Source: a virus (Duplodnaviria > Heunggongvirae > Uroviricota > Caudoviricetes). Taken from it: 45,635 nucleotides of DNA. Made by a program: the position numbers and the translations under genes. How positions within the stretch are numbered: position 1 is the stretch's first letter; each line of letters opens with the position of its first letter. The notes below the pieces were generated by a model, which did no database searches, was not told the origin of the DNA, and worked only from the letters and a program-made list of their open reading frames with translations. The stretch lies in the IMG/VR virus record IMGVR_UViG_2671180631_000012; one strand, written 5' to 3'. Shown here one piece after another: positions 24,972 to 33,793 of the stretch.

Positions 24972-25108
24972 ATCTAAATATTCTTTCAATTATAACCACC
25001 TTGCTGCAATATTATGATTATACTGTATAAAATTTAACTCCTCTTAGATCTTACTTCACTGTTCCTTATGAAACAATCATCAAAATGAATCATATTGTAG
25101 TTAAGATT

Positions 25109-25585
25109 TTACTTTAAACACTGCTCGGTTATGTATTGCTGAGCACCTTCAAGTTGGGCCTGCATCATTACCAGTCGTTCCCGGAGGGTGAAATAATCCC
25201 GTTCAGCGGTGTCTGCCAGTCGGGGGGAGGCTGCATTATCCACGCCGGAGGCGGTGGTGGCTTCACGCACTGACTGACAGACTGCTTTGATGTGCAACCG
25301 ACGACGACCAGCGGCAACATCATCACGCAGAGCATCATTTTCAGCTTTCGCATCAGCTAACTCCTTCGTGTATTTTGCATCGAGCGCAGCAACATCACGC
25401 TGACGCATCTGCATGTCAGTAATTGCCGCGTTCGCCAGCTTCAGTTCTCTGGCATTTTTGTCGCGCTGGGCTTTGTAGGTAATGGCGTTATCACGGTAAT
25501 GATTAACAGCCCATGACAGGCAGACGATGATGCAGATAACCAGAGCGGAGATAATCGCGGTTACTCTGTTCATTGCTGACCCCAC
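25109..25585 (-). CDS. rzpR: i-spanin Rz
   Basis: 158 aa; N-terminal TM helix then coiled-coil periplasmic domain; directly after the endolysin gene. Confidence 0.8.
   Translation of the reverse strand: MGSAMNRVTAIISALVICIIVCLSWAVNHYRDNAITYKAQRDKNARELKLANAAITDMQMRQRDVAALDAKYTKELADAKAENDALRDDVAAGRRRLHIKAVCQSVREATTASGVDNAASPRLADTAERDYFTLRERLVMMQAQLEGAQQYITEQCLK
25168..25353 (-). CDS. rzoR: o-spanin Rz1 (lipoprotein), embedded in Rz in another frame
   Basis: 61 aa; signal peptide with lipobox VVGC; proline-rich (PPPPPAW...PPPDW); entirely within Rz. Confidence 0.75.
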   Translation of the reverse strand: MRKLKMMLCVMMLPLVVVGCTSKQSVSQCVKPPPPPAWIMQPPPDWQTPLNGIISPSGNDW

Positions 25586-26067
25586 AAACAGATTTCACGC
25601 TCAATCTCACGACGAGTCATGAGACCTTTCCATTGCTTACCGCCAGCATATGTCCAGCGACGTAGCTGATCACATGCGCCTTTGATATCGCCCTGGTTTA
25701 TTTTGCGAAGAAGCGTCGATGTTCTGAAATTGCCAGCACCCACGTTGTAAACGAATGAGTAAAGAGCGCCGCGCGTTGTTTCCGGTATATCGACTTTGAT
25801 GTACGGGTTAATTTGTCTGGCGACAGTGGCAAGGTCTTTATTCAAGAGTGTTTTGCATTCTGCTTTGGTATACGTTTTACCGAGCATGATGTCTTTTCCT
25901 GTATGCCCGTGACATACAGTCCATACACCAACAATATCTTTGTATGGTATGTAGCTGACACCTTCCAGACCATCGTTACCACTTGGGCCAGTGATTAACA
26001 CTGATGCTATAGCAATTGCTCCGCCACCAATAGCAGCAGCAACGACTTTTCGTAATGATGGAGGCAT
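25570..26067 (-). CDS. SAR endolysin (T4-lysozyme-like)
   Basis: 165 aa; N-terminal Gly/Ala-rich weakly hydrophobic SAR segment ([18 protein letters not shown]); E...D/C...T catalytic-triad spacing (GLEGVSY...CHGHT). Confidence 0.8.
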   Translation of the reverse strand: MPPSLRKVVAAAIGGGAIAIASVLITGPSGNDGLEGVSYIPYKDIVGVWTVCHGHTGKDIMLGKTYTKAECKTLLNKDLATVARQINPYIKVDIPETTRGALYSFVYNVGAGNFRTSTLLRKINQGDIKGACDQLRRWTYAGGKQWKGLMTRREIEREICLWGQQ

Positions 26068-26282
26068 TATTCACCTCTCGCAGCCTTGCGCTTATCTTCT
26101 TTAATCTTGAAATAAAGGTTTGTCAGGTACGTCAGCAGGCCAAATACCAGACTACCCAGCACACCGATTGCAGCCCACTGTGACGGAGTTACTCTATCGA
26201 GCAACTGTAAAAACCAGTAGCCAGCACTGCCTGCGGAGGTGCCGTAGGCAATGCCTGTTGAAATTTTGTCCATGGATTTCAT
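26067..26282 (-). CDS. Class II holin, phage-21 S-type pinholin with dual start (MKSM)
   Basis: From the internal start the product is [71 protein letters not shown] (71 aa), matching recalled S21; stop overlaps the endolysin start. Confidence 0.8.
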   Translation of the reverse strand: MKSMDKISTGIAYGTSAGSAGYWFLQLLDRVTPSQWAAIGVLGSLVFGLLTYLTNLYFKIKEDKRKAARGE

Positions 26283-26381
26283 AGCCTCACCTCCGCACGG
26301 AACGGATGGCATAGTTATTATGTGTAGGCTTTCAGACACATCAATCAGAGCCTTAATTGATATATATGCTGGAGACGATGC

Positions 26382-26407
26382 AATATAAAAAGCTCGCCGT
26401 AGCGAGC
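26382..26407 (-). terminator. Intrinsic terminator downstream of the first TolA-like lipoprotein gene
   Basis: Stem AGCTCGC/GCGAGCT with 4-nt loop, followed on the minus strand by TTTTATATT. Confidence 0.55.
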
Positions 26408-26533
26408 TAATAAAATGTATTTCTCTGATATTATGTTTATTTGTATTAGCTCAGACTTGACATCACAGGTTTCGTATATAGAACATCATCAAATCTGTCA
26501 GTTTGCTATGAATGAGATATAGTAATTGAAGAG

Positions 26534-26929
26534 CTAACCTCGCATGTCAAAGCCAGATTTCTGAAAATCTCTGTAGACTTCCGGATTGTTGAAGGCCGGA
26601 AATTTGGCTTTATGAGCTGCGGACTTTATCGCTTCGCAATAGGCTTTATCACCGTTACTGGTAGATATTTTTAACGCCGTGCCATCCTGAGAGAATTCCA
26701 TATGCAACCTGCATTTTTTCCCTTTCCAGTTATGCGGCTCATCAAGTTTGGCATTAATTGCAGCTCTGATTCCCCGCGCTTGCGCCCCCCATTCATCCTG
26801 ATCATCCCAGCGTCCTGAACTGCAACTACCTGTAGCAGTAGTTTTGTGGCAATCTGAAGGGTGTAAAGGTGTGCATCCCGCAACAAAACCGACCCAAAAA
26901 GTCAACATAACGATTTTCTTTAATCCCAC
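26534..26929 (-). CDS. Lipoprotein with TolA C-terminal domain (domain III)-like region, paralog 1
   Basis: 131 aa; signal peptide with lipobox VAGC; C-terminal region shares the K.C.L......G.L......GD...C.A...A.....P....PEVY..F pattern with recalled E. coli TolA domain III; GTG start with GAGGAG SD. Confidence 0.6.
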   Translation of the reverse strand: MGLKKIVMLTFWVGFVAGCTPLHPSDCHKTTATGSCSSGRWDDQDEWGAQARGIRAAINAKLDEPHNWKGKKCRLHMEFSQDGTALKISTSNGDKAYCEAIKSAAHKAKFPAFNNPEVYRDFQKSGFDMRG

Positions 26930-27079
26930 TTCTTGCTCCTCAATCCATTAAAATCTCAGCAATAGTAGTTGTTACGTCCGCCACTGGCTCAGAGCTGACT
27001 ATCCGCTAAATTTAGCTCAGTGCCGTAGCTGTGTCAGAACAAACCTAAGCCGAAACCGTTTATTACAAAACAATAAATA

Positions 27080-27508
27080 TCAGGGTTTAAAATCCAGCAC
27101 CCCATTTTGAAATACTTTATATACTTCCGGCGAAGGGGGGGCAGGTATATCAGCATTCTTTATCGCATTCATCGCTTCACGACATAAATCGAGGTCTCCA
27201 CTTTCTCTTTTAACCTCCAGTAGAAGGCCATTCGGGGCCATATGCATTCTCAGTGTACACTCTTTTCCTGAATACTTACTCGCATCCCCGAACTGTTTTT
27301 CGATGGCGCTCTTGATTTGATGGGCATACAGACGGATATCCTCACTAACATCAGAAGTACGTTCAGATGAACTCACATACTGTGTCTCTATTGCTTTATC
27401 GGAGTAATATGATGTACGGTCATGATAATTTGTCGATACAGCATCAGTGCACCCGATAATAATCCCACTAATAATCAACGTAAGAATTGATGCGCTACGA
27501 AAACCCAT
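27080..27508 (-). CDS. Lipoprotein with TolA C-terminal domain (domain III)-like region, paralog 2
   Basis: 142 aa; lipobox IIGC; C-terminus YAHQIKSAIEKQFGDASKYSGKECTLRMHMAPNGLLLEVKRESGDLDLCREAMNAIKNADIPAPPSPEVYKVFQNGVLDFKP aligns closely with the recalled TolA C-terminus (YAGQIKSAIESKFYDASSYAGKTCTLRIKLAPDGMLLDIKPEGGDPALCQAALAAAKLAKIPKPPSQAVYEVFKNAPLDFKP). Confidence 0.7.
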   Translation of the reverse strand: MGFRSASILTLIISGIIIGCTDAVSTNYHDRTSYYSDKAIETQYVSSSERTSDVSEDIRLYAHQIKSAIEKQFGDASKYSGKECTLRMHMAPNGLLLEVKRESGDLDLCREAMNAIKNADIPAPPSPEVYKVFQNGVLDFKP

Positions 27509-27537
27509 TTTTCCTCACATATGTCATATAGTAAAGG

Positions 27538-27567
27538 ATTATATATACCGTTGTTTTGGACGCTCAA
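27538..27567 (-). promoter_or_regulatory. Candidate sigma-70 promoter for TolA-like lipoprotein paralog 2
   Basis: Minus strand TTGAGC, about 18 bp, TATAAT, roughly 35 nt upstream of the GAGG SD and ATG. Confidence 0.5.
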
Positions 27568-28097
27568 ACAGCGAATCAGATCAAATAAAACGCACATTTG
27601 TTAACATTTACACAAAGTCTGCGTGGGATATTCTGAAAGAATATCCATAATGTGGAGAGAATCTATTGAAGTGCATGGTGCCGGGTGCCTCCCGGTGAAC
27701 AAAATGTTCGTGATACCTGTCGGCGACAGAAAAGGTTAATGGTATCACCCCACCGCACAGGGGGATTCACCATGCAGGAGTTTTCTTAGCAAACTCACTG
27801 CGCGCCCGGCAACTCCCAACCACATAAAATGCGGAGTTTGTGGCATTTATGCATATAACTCGCAGGAATTATCTTAAAAAACTGATGTCGATCCGGATTA
27901 AAAAGAAGCAGGTCATCATCAGATGACTGGAAAAAAGGAAAACAAAAAATACTCATCATACAGTTTTGATTGCAGGGATGAGCCTGCTATGCACAATATG
28001 CAGAATATAAGCAAGATAAAAATATGCAGGCATATTATTTCGGATCTTGTTATTAACACAACCTTTTTAATAATCATTTGGCATACAATAAACCAGC

Positions 28098-28125
28098 CCA
28101 AAAAGAACCGCCTAAACAGGCGGTT
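28098..28125 (-). terminator. Intrinsic terminator-like hairpin in the Q-to-lysis leader
   Basis: Stem AACCGCCT/AGGCGGTT with AAAC loop, followed on the minus strand by CTTTTT. Confidence 0.45.
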
Positions 28126-28443
28126 GGTCAATACAAAGGATGCTTCGTCTTTATTATAGTAATCTGAGGCGTCGGGTGTCTTGTATCAGACAACATATTG
28201 TCCCGCTAAACAGCGAATTACAAACCACCCTGCAATGATCTCTCATCTCATTTTATATGAGTTGACGACATCAGGATAACGCATCATCAGCCCCTGCCAA
28301 GAAATATCAAAACTCCCGCCAGCAATGTGTTATCACAATATTGTAAAAAAAACACAGCACCGAAACTATAACTGGTCTCTGTTATAATTTGGAGCAGAAA
28401 GACCAGTTGCCCAACTAGCAGCATTCTCCCCTGCTTTCCTGAC

Positions 28444-28473
28444 GTAAAAAAACCGCATTAAGCGGTTTTTTTA
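28444..28473. terminator. Bidirectional terminator-like hairpin just downstream of Q (candidate tR')
   Basis: A7-AACCGC-ATTAA-GCGGTT-T7: hairpin flanked by A and T runs, about 80 nt after the Q stop. Confidence 0.5.
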
Positions 28474-28552
28474 CGATGTCCATGTCTGCAATCCGCCTCG
28501 CGATACAGCTTTGCGAAGCATAGCAAAATTGAAGCAGTTTATACGTAAGAAA

Positions 28553-29095
28553 TCAAGCCATTTTCTCAGCAAATGATTCACGCATGGGAATATATAGGGC
28601 ATACTCAGCAACAGCTAACCAATTAGCAATCCGTTTTTCGCATGTGCTAAAACACCACTCTGGGTGTGCATCATTTAGCAATTCAGCCATTTTGCGCTTA
28701 GTCATCCCCCGCCCTTCATAGCGTTGCCGGAGAATGCAAATCAATCCTGGATGCTCTGCCAGCACCTCACTTATGACTCGATCAATACATAACGCCTCTG
28801 CATCAGTACAATGCGCCAGCCAGCTCTTTTGCTTGCCGTTGATCATCTCTCGCAAAAACGCTTCCAGCTCAGCTTTCTCTATTCCCGCTTTTTTCATTCT
28901 GCGCAGGGCTTCATTAATGGCTGTTTTCGTCAGTTTTTTGGATGCCAACAACTGATTGAACATATTCCCTGACCTGCCACCGCCAATATACGACCAGCGC
29001 CCCCACATACGTAGTTTTCCCTGAATCCAGACACTTTCCAGCGTGGTGAGGCGAAGGTGTTCTCCGCTTTTTCCTGTATTCGTTGGGTAAATCAT
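28553..29095 (-). CDS. Late-gene antiterminator Q-like protein
   Basis: 180-aa ORF immediately upstream of the lysis cassette leader and downstream of nin-like genes; C-terminal region has a sigma-region-4-like HTH pattern. Assignment mainly positional. Confidence 0.55.
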   Translation of the reverse strand: MIYPTNTGKSGEHLRLTTLESVWIQGKLRMWGRWSYIGGGRSGNMFNQLLASKKLTKTAINEALRRMKKAGIEKAELEAFLREMINGKQKSWLAHCTDAEALCIDRVISEVLAEHPGLICILRQRYEGRGMTKRKMAELLNDAHPEWCFSTCEKRIANWLAVAEYALYIPMRESFAEKMA

Positions 29096-29382
29096 AAATG
29101 ACCTTTCTTTCTCCAGATTTCTTGTGTGCGAAAAACCCCTTCAGCATGCATCAGGCGCAATTCTTCTTTGGTGTAATCGCTGGTTTTTACCCGCCCGTCG
29201 ATTAGATCGTGGCATGAGCTACAGGCTATCGCCGCCTGCATATCATGTGGTTTTGTCGCTGTTCCGCACGTCCCCGCCAGCCTGTAATGCGCCAGCACAG
29301 AGGTTTCGGGATTGTGATTGCAGTAGCCAGGGATTCTGATCTGGCACATCTGGCCTTTAGCCGCTTTACGTAAATTCACCAT
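29092..29382 (-). CDS. Cys-rich zinc-binding nin-region protein (DUF1364-like, recalled)
   Basis: 96 aa with Cys clusters (C-x7-C ... C-x2-C); typical position upstream of Q. Confidence 0.45.
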   Translation of the reverse strand: MVNLRKAAKGQMCQIRIPGYCNHNPETSVLAHYRLAGTCGTATKPHDMQAAIACSSCHDLIDGRVKTSDYTKEELRLMHAEGVFRTQEIWRKKGHL

Positions 29383-29981
29383 TACGCAAACTCCAGTAGT
29401 TGTGCGGCCACATTTTCAACTTCCTCCTGAGAGGAGAATTTACGGAACAGAATCCAGTTCCACAGCACATTCAGTACAGATTTATAAACCTGCTGAAACT
29501 CGACTTCGTCCATATTCGCAAAAGCGATGGATTTTGCCCGACGCCCACGGCTACCGTCCGGATAAATATGCTCGGTGTAAAATCCGGCCTGAATGGTTAC
29601 CCACTCGCGGAAAGCCTCAAACGACTTTAGCAACGCCGTATCCCGGGTTCTACGAGTCGCAACGGTGTTAAGGTATTGCTCTGCGGCATCACTCAGGGCT
29701 GGCGTGTGTTCCCGACCAACTGATTCGCACAGGTAATCAACGAAACCAGACAGCAGTTCTCGTTCGCGAGGCGTGATCGCCCCACCGACCGGAGTCCAGT
29801 AATCGAATCCCAGTTGCAGGAGTTTGAAAAAACGCTTGTGGAATGCGTAGTTACGCACACGCTTAAAGTCTGCGTGTATCCACTCACCTATTTTGATTTG
29901 ATGCAGAAAATCGCAACTCTCCGGCGTCGCCGGGAGAAGTAAACCAGAAGAGGTTTGTTTGACCAGTTGTATATGCGCCAT
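29382..29981 (-). CDS. nin-region phage protein (DUF1367-like, recalled)
   Basis: 199 aa; stop overlaps the start of the downstream gene; position in the nin region. Confidence 0.45.
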   Translation of the reverse strand: MAHIQLVKQTSSGLLLPATPESCDFLHQIKIGEWIHADFKRVRNYAFHKRFFKLLQLGFDYWTPVGGAITPRERELLSGFVDYLCESVGREHTPALSDAAEQYLNTVATRRTRDTALLKSFEAFREWVTIQAGFYTEHIYPDGSRGRRAKSIAFANMDEVEFQQVYKSVLNVLWNWILFRKFSSQEEVENVAAQLLEFA

Positions 29982-30261
29982 TTCTCAATCTCTCGATGGC
30001 GCAGCGCAGCAGATGCCAGTTGTTCAGGCTGACGAATAAAGTATAAATAAACTGGCTATGGTGTAAAGCCCCACATAGCATGAACAAACACTACATATCA
30101 AATAGCTGGTACAAGGATAGAAATACGACACTTATTATTAAAAACGATTAGATAAATTACATTTTAATGTTATGCAAAAGTTCTTTTTTATCATAACATT
30201 TCAATAAAAGCATTACAGATGCAATCATCCCGTCATCATCAATTATTTAAGGTGGTTAAAC

Positions 30262-30348
30262 ATGGAAAATAACAAGTTCGCACATCTCGCTCCTTTTTTA
30301 TCCGTAATCCTTTTCGCTTGTTGTTTTATATGGGCATTATTTTTATAA
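30262..30348 (+). CDS. Candidate small hydrophobic protein (28 aa)
   Basis: Own translation MENNKFAHLAPFLSVILFACCFIWALFL; strong SD AAGGTGG 6 nt upstream of the ATG; in the AT-rich intergenic region; below the ORF-track size cutoff. Confidence 0.35.
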   Translation: MENNKFAHLAPFLSVILFACCFIWALFL

Positions 30349-30756
30349 AGTAGCCACATGATAAGTTGCTGGAATCATATTTCCCACTCAAGTCATTAAC
30401 ATTTGATAAGATATATCTAAAAGGACGCCTTTACATTATTTATGCGTATATAATTTATTTATATACACAGTAAAGGTATCCTGGGAAAATATTTATCGTT
30501 AAAAAATACATCATAAATAATTAAGCTGAAATTTCAGAACACAACTAATACACACAATAAGGTTCAGTAACAGTAATCTATGTGGACTACATCGAGATTT
30601 TTTGATTAAACTTTAATAACTTATTCCTAACACACAGAATGCATAAACTAAAAGTAAAACAAATAGTTATACGAAAAACAACCATATTTATTCTATCTTC
30701 TCCTCTAATCAACATATCAATTATGTGTTTCATAACAGCTTGACATAACCCTCCAA

Positions 30757-30779
30757 AAGATGCATTTTTAATGCATGTT
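30757..30779 (+). promoter_or_regulatory. NsrR-box-like inverted repeat overlapping the promoter of the YeaR-like gene
   Basis: AAGATGCATTT-T-TAATGCATGTT, an 11-1-11 inverted repeat close to the recalled NsrR consensus; TTGACA -35-like hexamer at 30740-30745. Confidence 0.45.
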
Positions 30780-30794
30780 TTGGAGGAGGTGGTT

Positions 30795-31133
30795 ATGACA
30801 CACAAGAGAATTCCTAAAGATTGGGTAATCAAACGCTCAACTCCGTTCTTCACAAAAGAGAACGTACCTTCAGCGTTATTAACACATCATAATACAGCAG
30901 CAGGTGTTTTTGGGCAGTTGTGCGTAATGGAAGGCACTGTAACATATTATGGTTTTACTGATGAGAATGCTACTGAACCGGAGATAAAAGTAGTCATTAA
31001 TGCTGGCGCTTTTGCAACAAGCCCACCACAATACTGGCACCGTGTTGAACTAAGCGATGATGCTCAGTTTAATATTAACTTTTGGGTCGCTCCAGACTTT
31101 TCGGGCGAAAAAGTCTATAGCACCAAAAAATAG
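30795..31133 (+). CDS. YeaR-like DUF1971 (cupin-like) protein
   Basis: ORF 30771-31133; preferred start ATG at 30795 preceded by GGAGGAGG; about 112 aa with RSTPFF...FNINFWVAP pattern recalled for the YeaR/TehB-N family; opposite strand to neighbours. Confidence 0.5.
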   Translation: MTHKRIPKDWVIKRSTPFFTKENVPSALLTHHNTAAGVFGQLCVMEGTVTYYGFTDENATEPEIKVVINAGAFATSPPQYWHRVELSDDAQFNINFWVAPDFSGEKVYSTKK

Positions 31134-31163
31134 ATGATCATATTAAAAATGCTTTAACAGTCA

Positions 31164-31199
31164 GACCCGGCAGGGCTATCCCCGACGGGTCTCATTTTT
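31164..31199 (+). terminator. Terminator-like hairpin after the YeaR-like gene
   Basis: Imperfect stem AGACCCG...CGGGTCT followed by CATTTTT, 30 nt after the stop. Confidence 0.45.
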
Positions 31200-31753
31200 G
31201 TAAATATATTGGTTCTACATTGACAGGAGACTTCAACCATAAGAAGTAATCTGAATACTTGAGCAATAAATTTACTTAAGATTAATGAGCGCACCTTGCC
31301 GGACAAAGATAAACCAAGGTAACACCTTTTTTCTAGCCAGTATGTAATCAATCAGAAAGCCGCTCCATAAGAACAACAGCAAGACAATAAATTGCCATTA
31401 CAGCCGCAATAGCCAGCGCACATTTGAGAACCAGCACGACAACCCCCTGTATTAGACGCACACCAGTCCTGATAAATATGAGGCTGTCTCGTCAGTGATT
31501 CAATACAACTATTGGGTATAGTTTCTGTGATTTTATTCTGTAGAAATGGAACACAACAACCAGTCACCACCAGCACTTCCTTAAATGCTCTAAGTCAGAA
31601 ACAAGCCAACATTTTAGTCCGCTTTGAGCGATCTGCAGACATTGCTAGCAGCCTTCTGTGTGAATTCTCAGGGAGCAGGTCGGCATAGCATCACGTTGAG
31701 GCTCTTACCCTACTTGTTCACACCAACCCTAACTCCACAGACTGATTCATAAA

Positions 31754-32755
31754 TTAGTAATCTGCGTGTTTCGCACTTTTCAGAAATGCTTTCATATTTT
31801 CATTAGGTCGCTCAATTTCGAAGTTACTTCCATATAACTCTTGTAATTTTGGCCATAACTTACTTAATAACCCTCTCCTGCGATAAAATGGATGTATCCA
31901 AACGGTAGATAGGTACGGAGAATTTGCATTTGAATTGTTTATTGTGACCAGCCCAACTAAACATTGTCGATAACCACTATTATCCATTGATTGTATTTCT
32001 TCGACGAATGGATACGCGATTACATCAGTCCAACCATGATCGGTTGTATCCCATTGCATTCCGTCATGACATTCCTTCGACTGATAGCGGCGTAAAGCTA
32101 CACACGCGAGCTTTTGCCAATCTGGAGAATTAATTGTGATCTCTTCATCGTATGACGCGCCTATTGGAGCGGGTATTGGTCTGATTAATCCAGCATGGCA
32201 TTCATCATAGAACTTCATGTTTCCCTCAGAAACGTTGTGTACGTTGGGTTGCTCCATGTGTGCGCCATTCAAAAATAGCTCTGATAGTAGTGTATCTACA
32301 CTGTAATCTTTATTGATTATTGTCGGCTTAGAGTTTTTCTTATTAAGGCCGCGAGTAACGATTTTTTGATCAATGTTAACAACATGGAATAATCCGTCGG
32401 GGAGGCTAGCGAACCACGATGGGGCATCGGACCAGAATAGCATGCCTTTTGTACTTCTTAAGAGTTTAATTAAGTTAATACAAGCTTCTTCACTAGTCTT
32501 GCCGTTGATGCGAAGTATGTTAGGACTAAAGTAATATTCATCCATATCAGGGAATGCAGCTTCGCAAAACTCCTGTACATAATTTAGCACCTGGATTCTA
32601 CAGAGATCATCATAGCTGGTAATAACTAAGGGGGTATCTTCATTACTATTATGATTATCAATAATGCAATCTATAGCGAGACTTACTGCTTTGCGTATCA
32701 CTTCAGTTGAATCTAACGACTCTAAAAATTTTGTCTTTCGTGTGCGAATATCCAT
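31754..32755 (-). CDS. Hypothetical protein with GNAT-like C-terminal motif (cargo gene B)
   Basis: 333 aa; AT-rich; C-terminal VWIHPFYRRRGLLSKLW resembles the GNAT acetyl-CoA-binding motif; start 15 nt after the gene A stop. Confidence 0.5.
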   Translation of the reverse strand: MDIRTRKTKFLESLDSTEVIRKAVSLAIDCIIDNHNSNEDTPLVITSYDDLCRIQVLNYVQEFCEAAFPDMDEYYFSPNILRINGKTSEEACINLIKLLRSTKGMLFWSDAPSWFASLPDGLFHVVNIDQKIVTRGLNKKNSKPTIINKDYSVDTLLSELFLNGAHMEQPNVHNVSEGNMKFYDECHAGLIRPIPAPIGASYDEEITINSPDWQKLACVALRRYQSKECHDGMQWDTTDHGWTDVIAYPFVEEIQSMDNSGYRQCLVGLVTINNSNANSPYLSTVWIHPFYRRRGLLSKLWPKLQELYGSNFEIERPNENMKAFLKSAKHADY

Positions 32756-32770
32756 GTATGACCTGCGCTA

Positions 32771-33793
32771 TTAAAATTCATGAATGAACGGTTTGTCATC
32801 TGGTTGCAAAATGGTGGTTTTATTCGTTGCTACATTTAAACTGTTGTAGAGCATAATTGCCAGGTTCGATGCATTTTCAATCAGCGTTTCAAGATCCTGG
32901 TCTGTAATCACTACGAGGTTCCCTTCTTTATCCTTTCCACCACGATGCACTAAGTGATTTCGATTGAGGGTTGCCAATTCAATAGCTTCTATCGGACAGT
33001 CTTTTTGTACTTTTATATCGAATGTAGCTTCATAGCGGTCGATTACCTTTTTAGTGCTATGCCAGCTTGCACTGATCAAGTGTTCCTTGATTGACCTGAT
33101 TAGCTCTCCCCTAATTTTCTCGATGGGTTCACCCTTGAAAGGCAACGCAGCAATATCTTTGCTTACTTTAAATTCAGTCTTACCTTTTTCTATACAATTG
33201 GCTATGTAGACATCATCTTTCTCTATAGAATTAATGAATAGCTCAACATAAAGCGTTTCCAAAGCTGTAATAACATTCGTGTAGAGCAAACTAAGCAAGT
33301 GGTTTTTTTGCTGTTGTTCAGTTTTATCTTTTGCAAGTTTTTTTATTTTATCGATATTATCAATGAATTTTAAATACGGATTACCGGAAGACGTTACAGC
33401 GTCGTAGATATCATCATCGTACCAATCATCTATATTATTTGAGTTTCCAGACCAGTCAAAACATTGTGTTTGTAATTCATCTACTAATTCCTCAATATAC
33501 TCAGATTTAACATATTGACCGAAGATGGATTGTAGTTCTTCGCTCGCATCATACGGCCCGCCATATATGTAAGCATAGCCACCTTCTCTACTTTCATACG
33601 GACAAGCATTTGCCGGATCTTCAAAGTTTTCAAAGAACCAGTTTTTCATTACTTCGAGTTGATCTTTTTTGCTTATGTATTTTAAAGATTTTAGTGGAAC
33701 TTTCTTTCCATTAACCTCGAAAACAATTTTCACGATGTAACGCTCCCTTGTATCAATTGCGCAACTATTATACCACAGCGAAATACAGGGCAT
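32771..33793 (-). CDS. Hypothetical protein with C-terminal HEPN-like Rx4H motif (cargo gene A)
   Basis: ORF 32771-33862; preferred start MPCISLWYN at 33793 with perfect SD GGAGG 7 nt upstream; AT-rich; motif LNRNHLVHRGG encoded at 32945-32962. Confidence 0.5.
   Translation of the reverse strand: MPCISLWYNSCAIDTRERYIVKIVFEVNGKKVPLKSLKYISKKDQLEVMKNWFFENFEDPANACPYESREGGYAYIYGGPYDASEELQSIFGQYVKSEYIEELVDELQTQCFDWSGNSNNIDDWYDDDIYDAVTSSGNPYLKFIDNIDKIKKLAKDKTEQQQKNHLLSLLYTNVITALETLYVELFINSIEKDDVYIANCIEKGKTEFKVSKDIAALPFKGEPIEKIRGELIRSIKEHLISASWHSTKKVIDRYEATFDIKVQKDCPIEAIELATLNRNHLVHRGGKDKEGNLVVITDQDLETLIENASNLAIMLYNSLNVATNKTTILQPDDKPFIHEF

Noticed and set aside
26340-28552. Shiga toxin or tRNA genes in the Q-to-S moron slot
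   Set aside because: No stx-like ORFs (the slot holds the TolA-like lipoproteins) and no tRNA-like T-arm/anticodon-arm structure recognised by eye; tRNAscan would be needed to be certain.
31154-31576. Two Cys-rich small ORFs on the minus strand downstream of cargo gene B
   Set aside because: The second starts at GTG with an SD-like AAGGA abutting the start codon; neither has a convincing RBS; likely chance ORFs in a 3' non-coding region, though a small peptide cannot be excluded.
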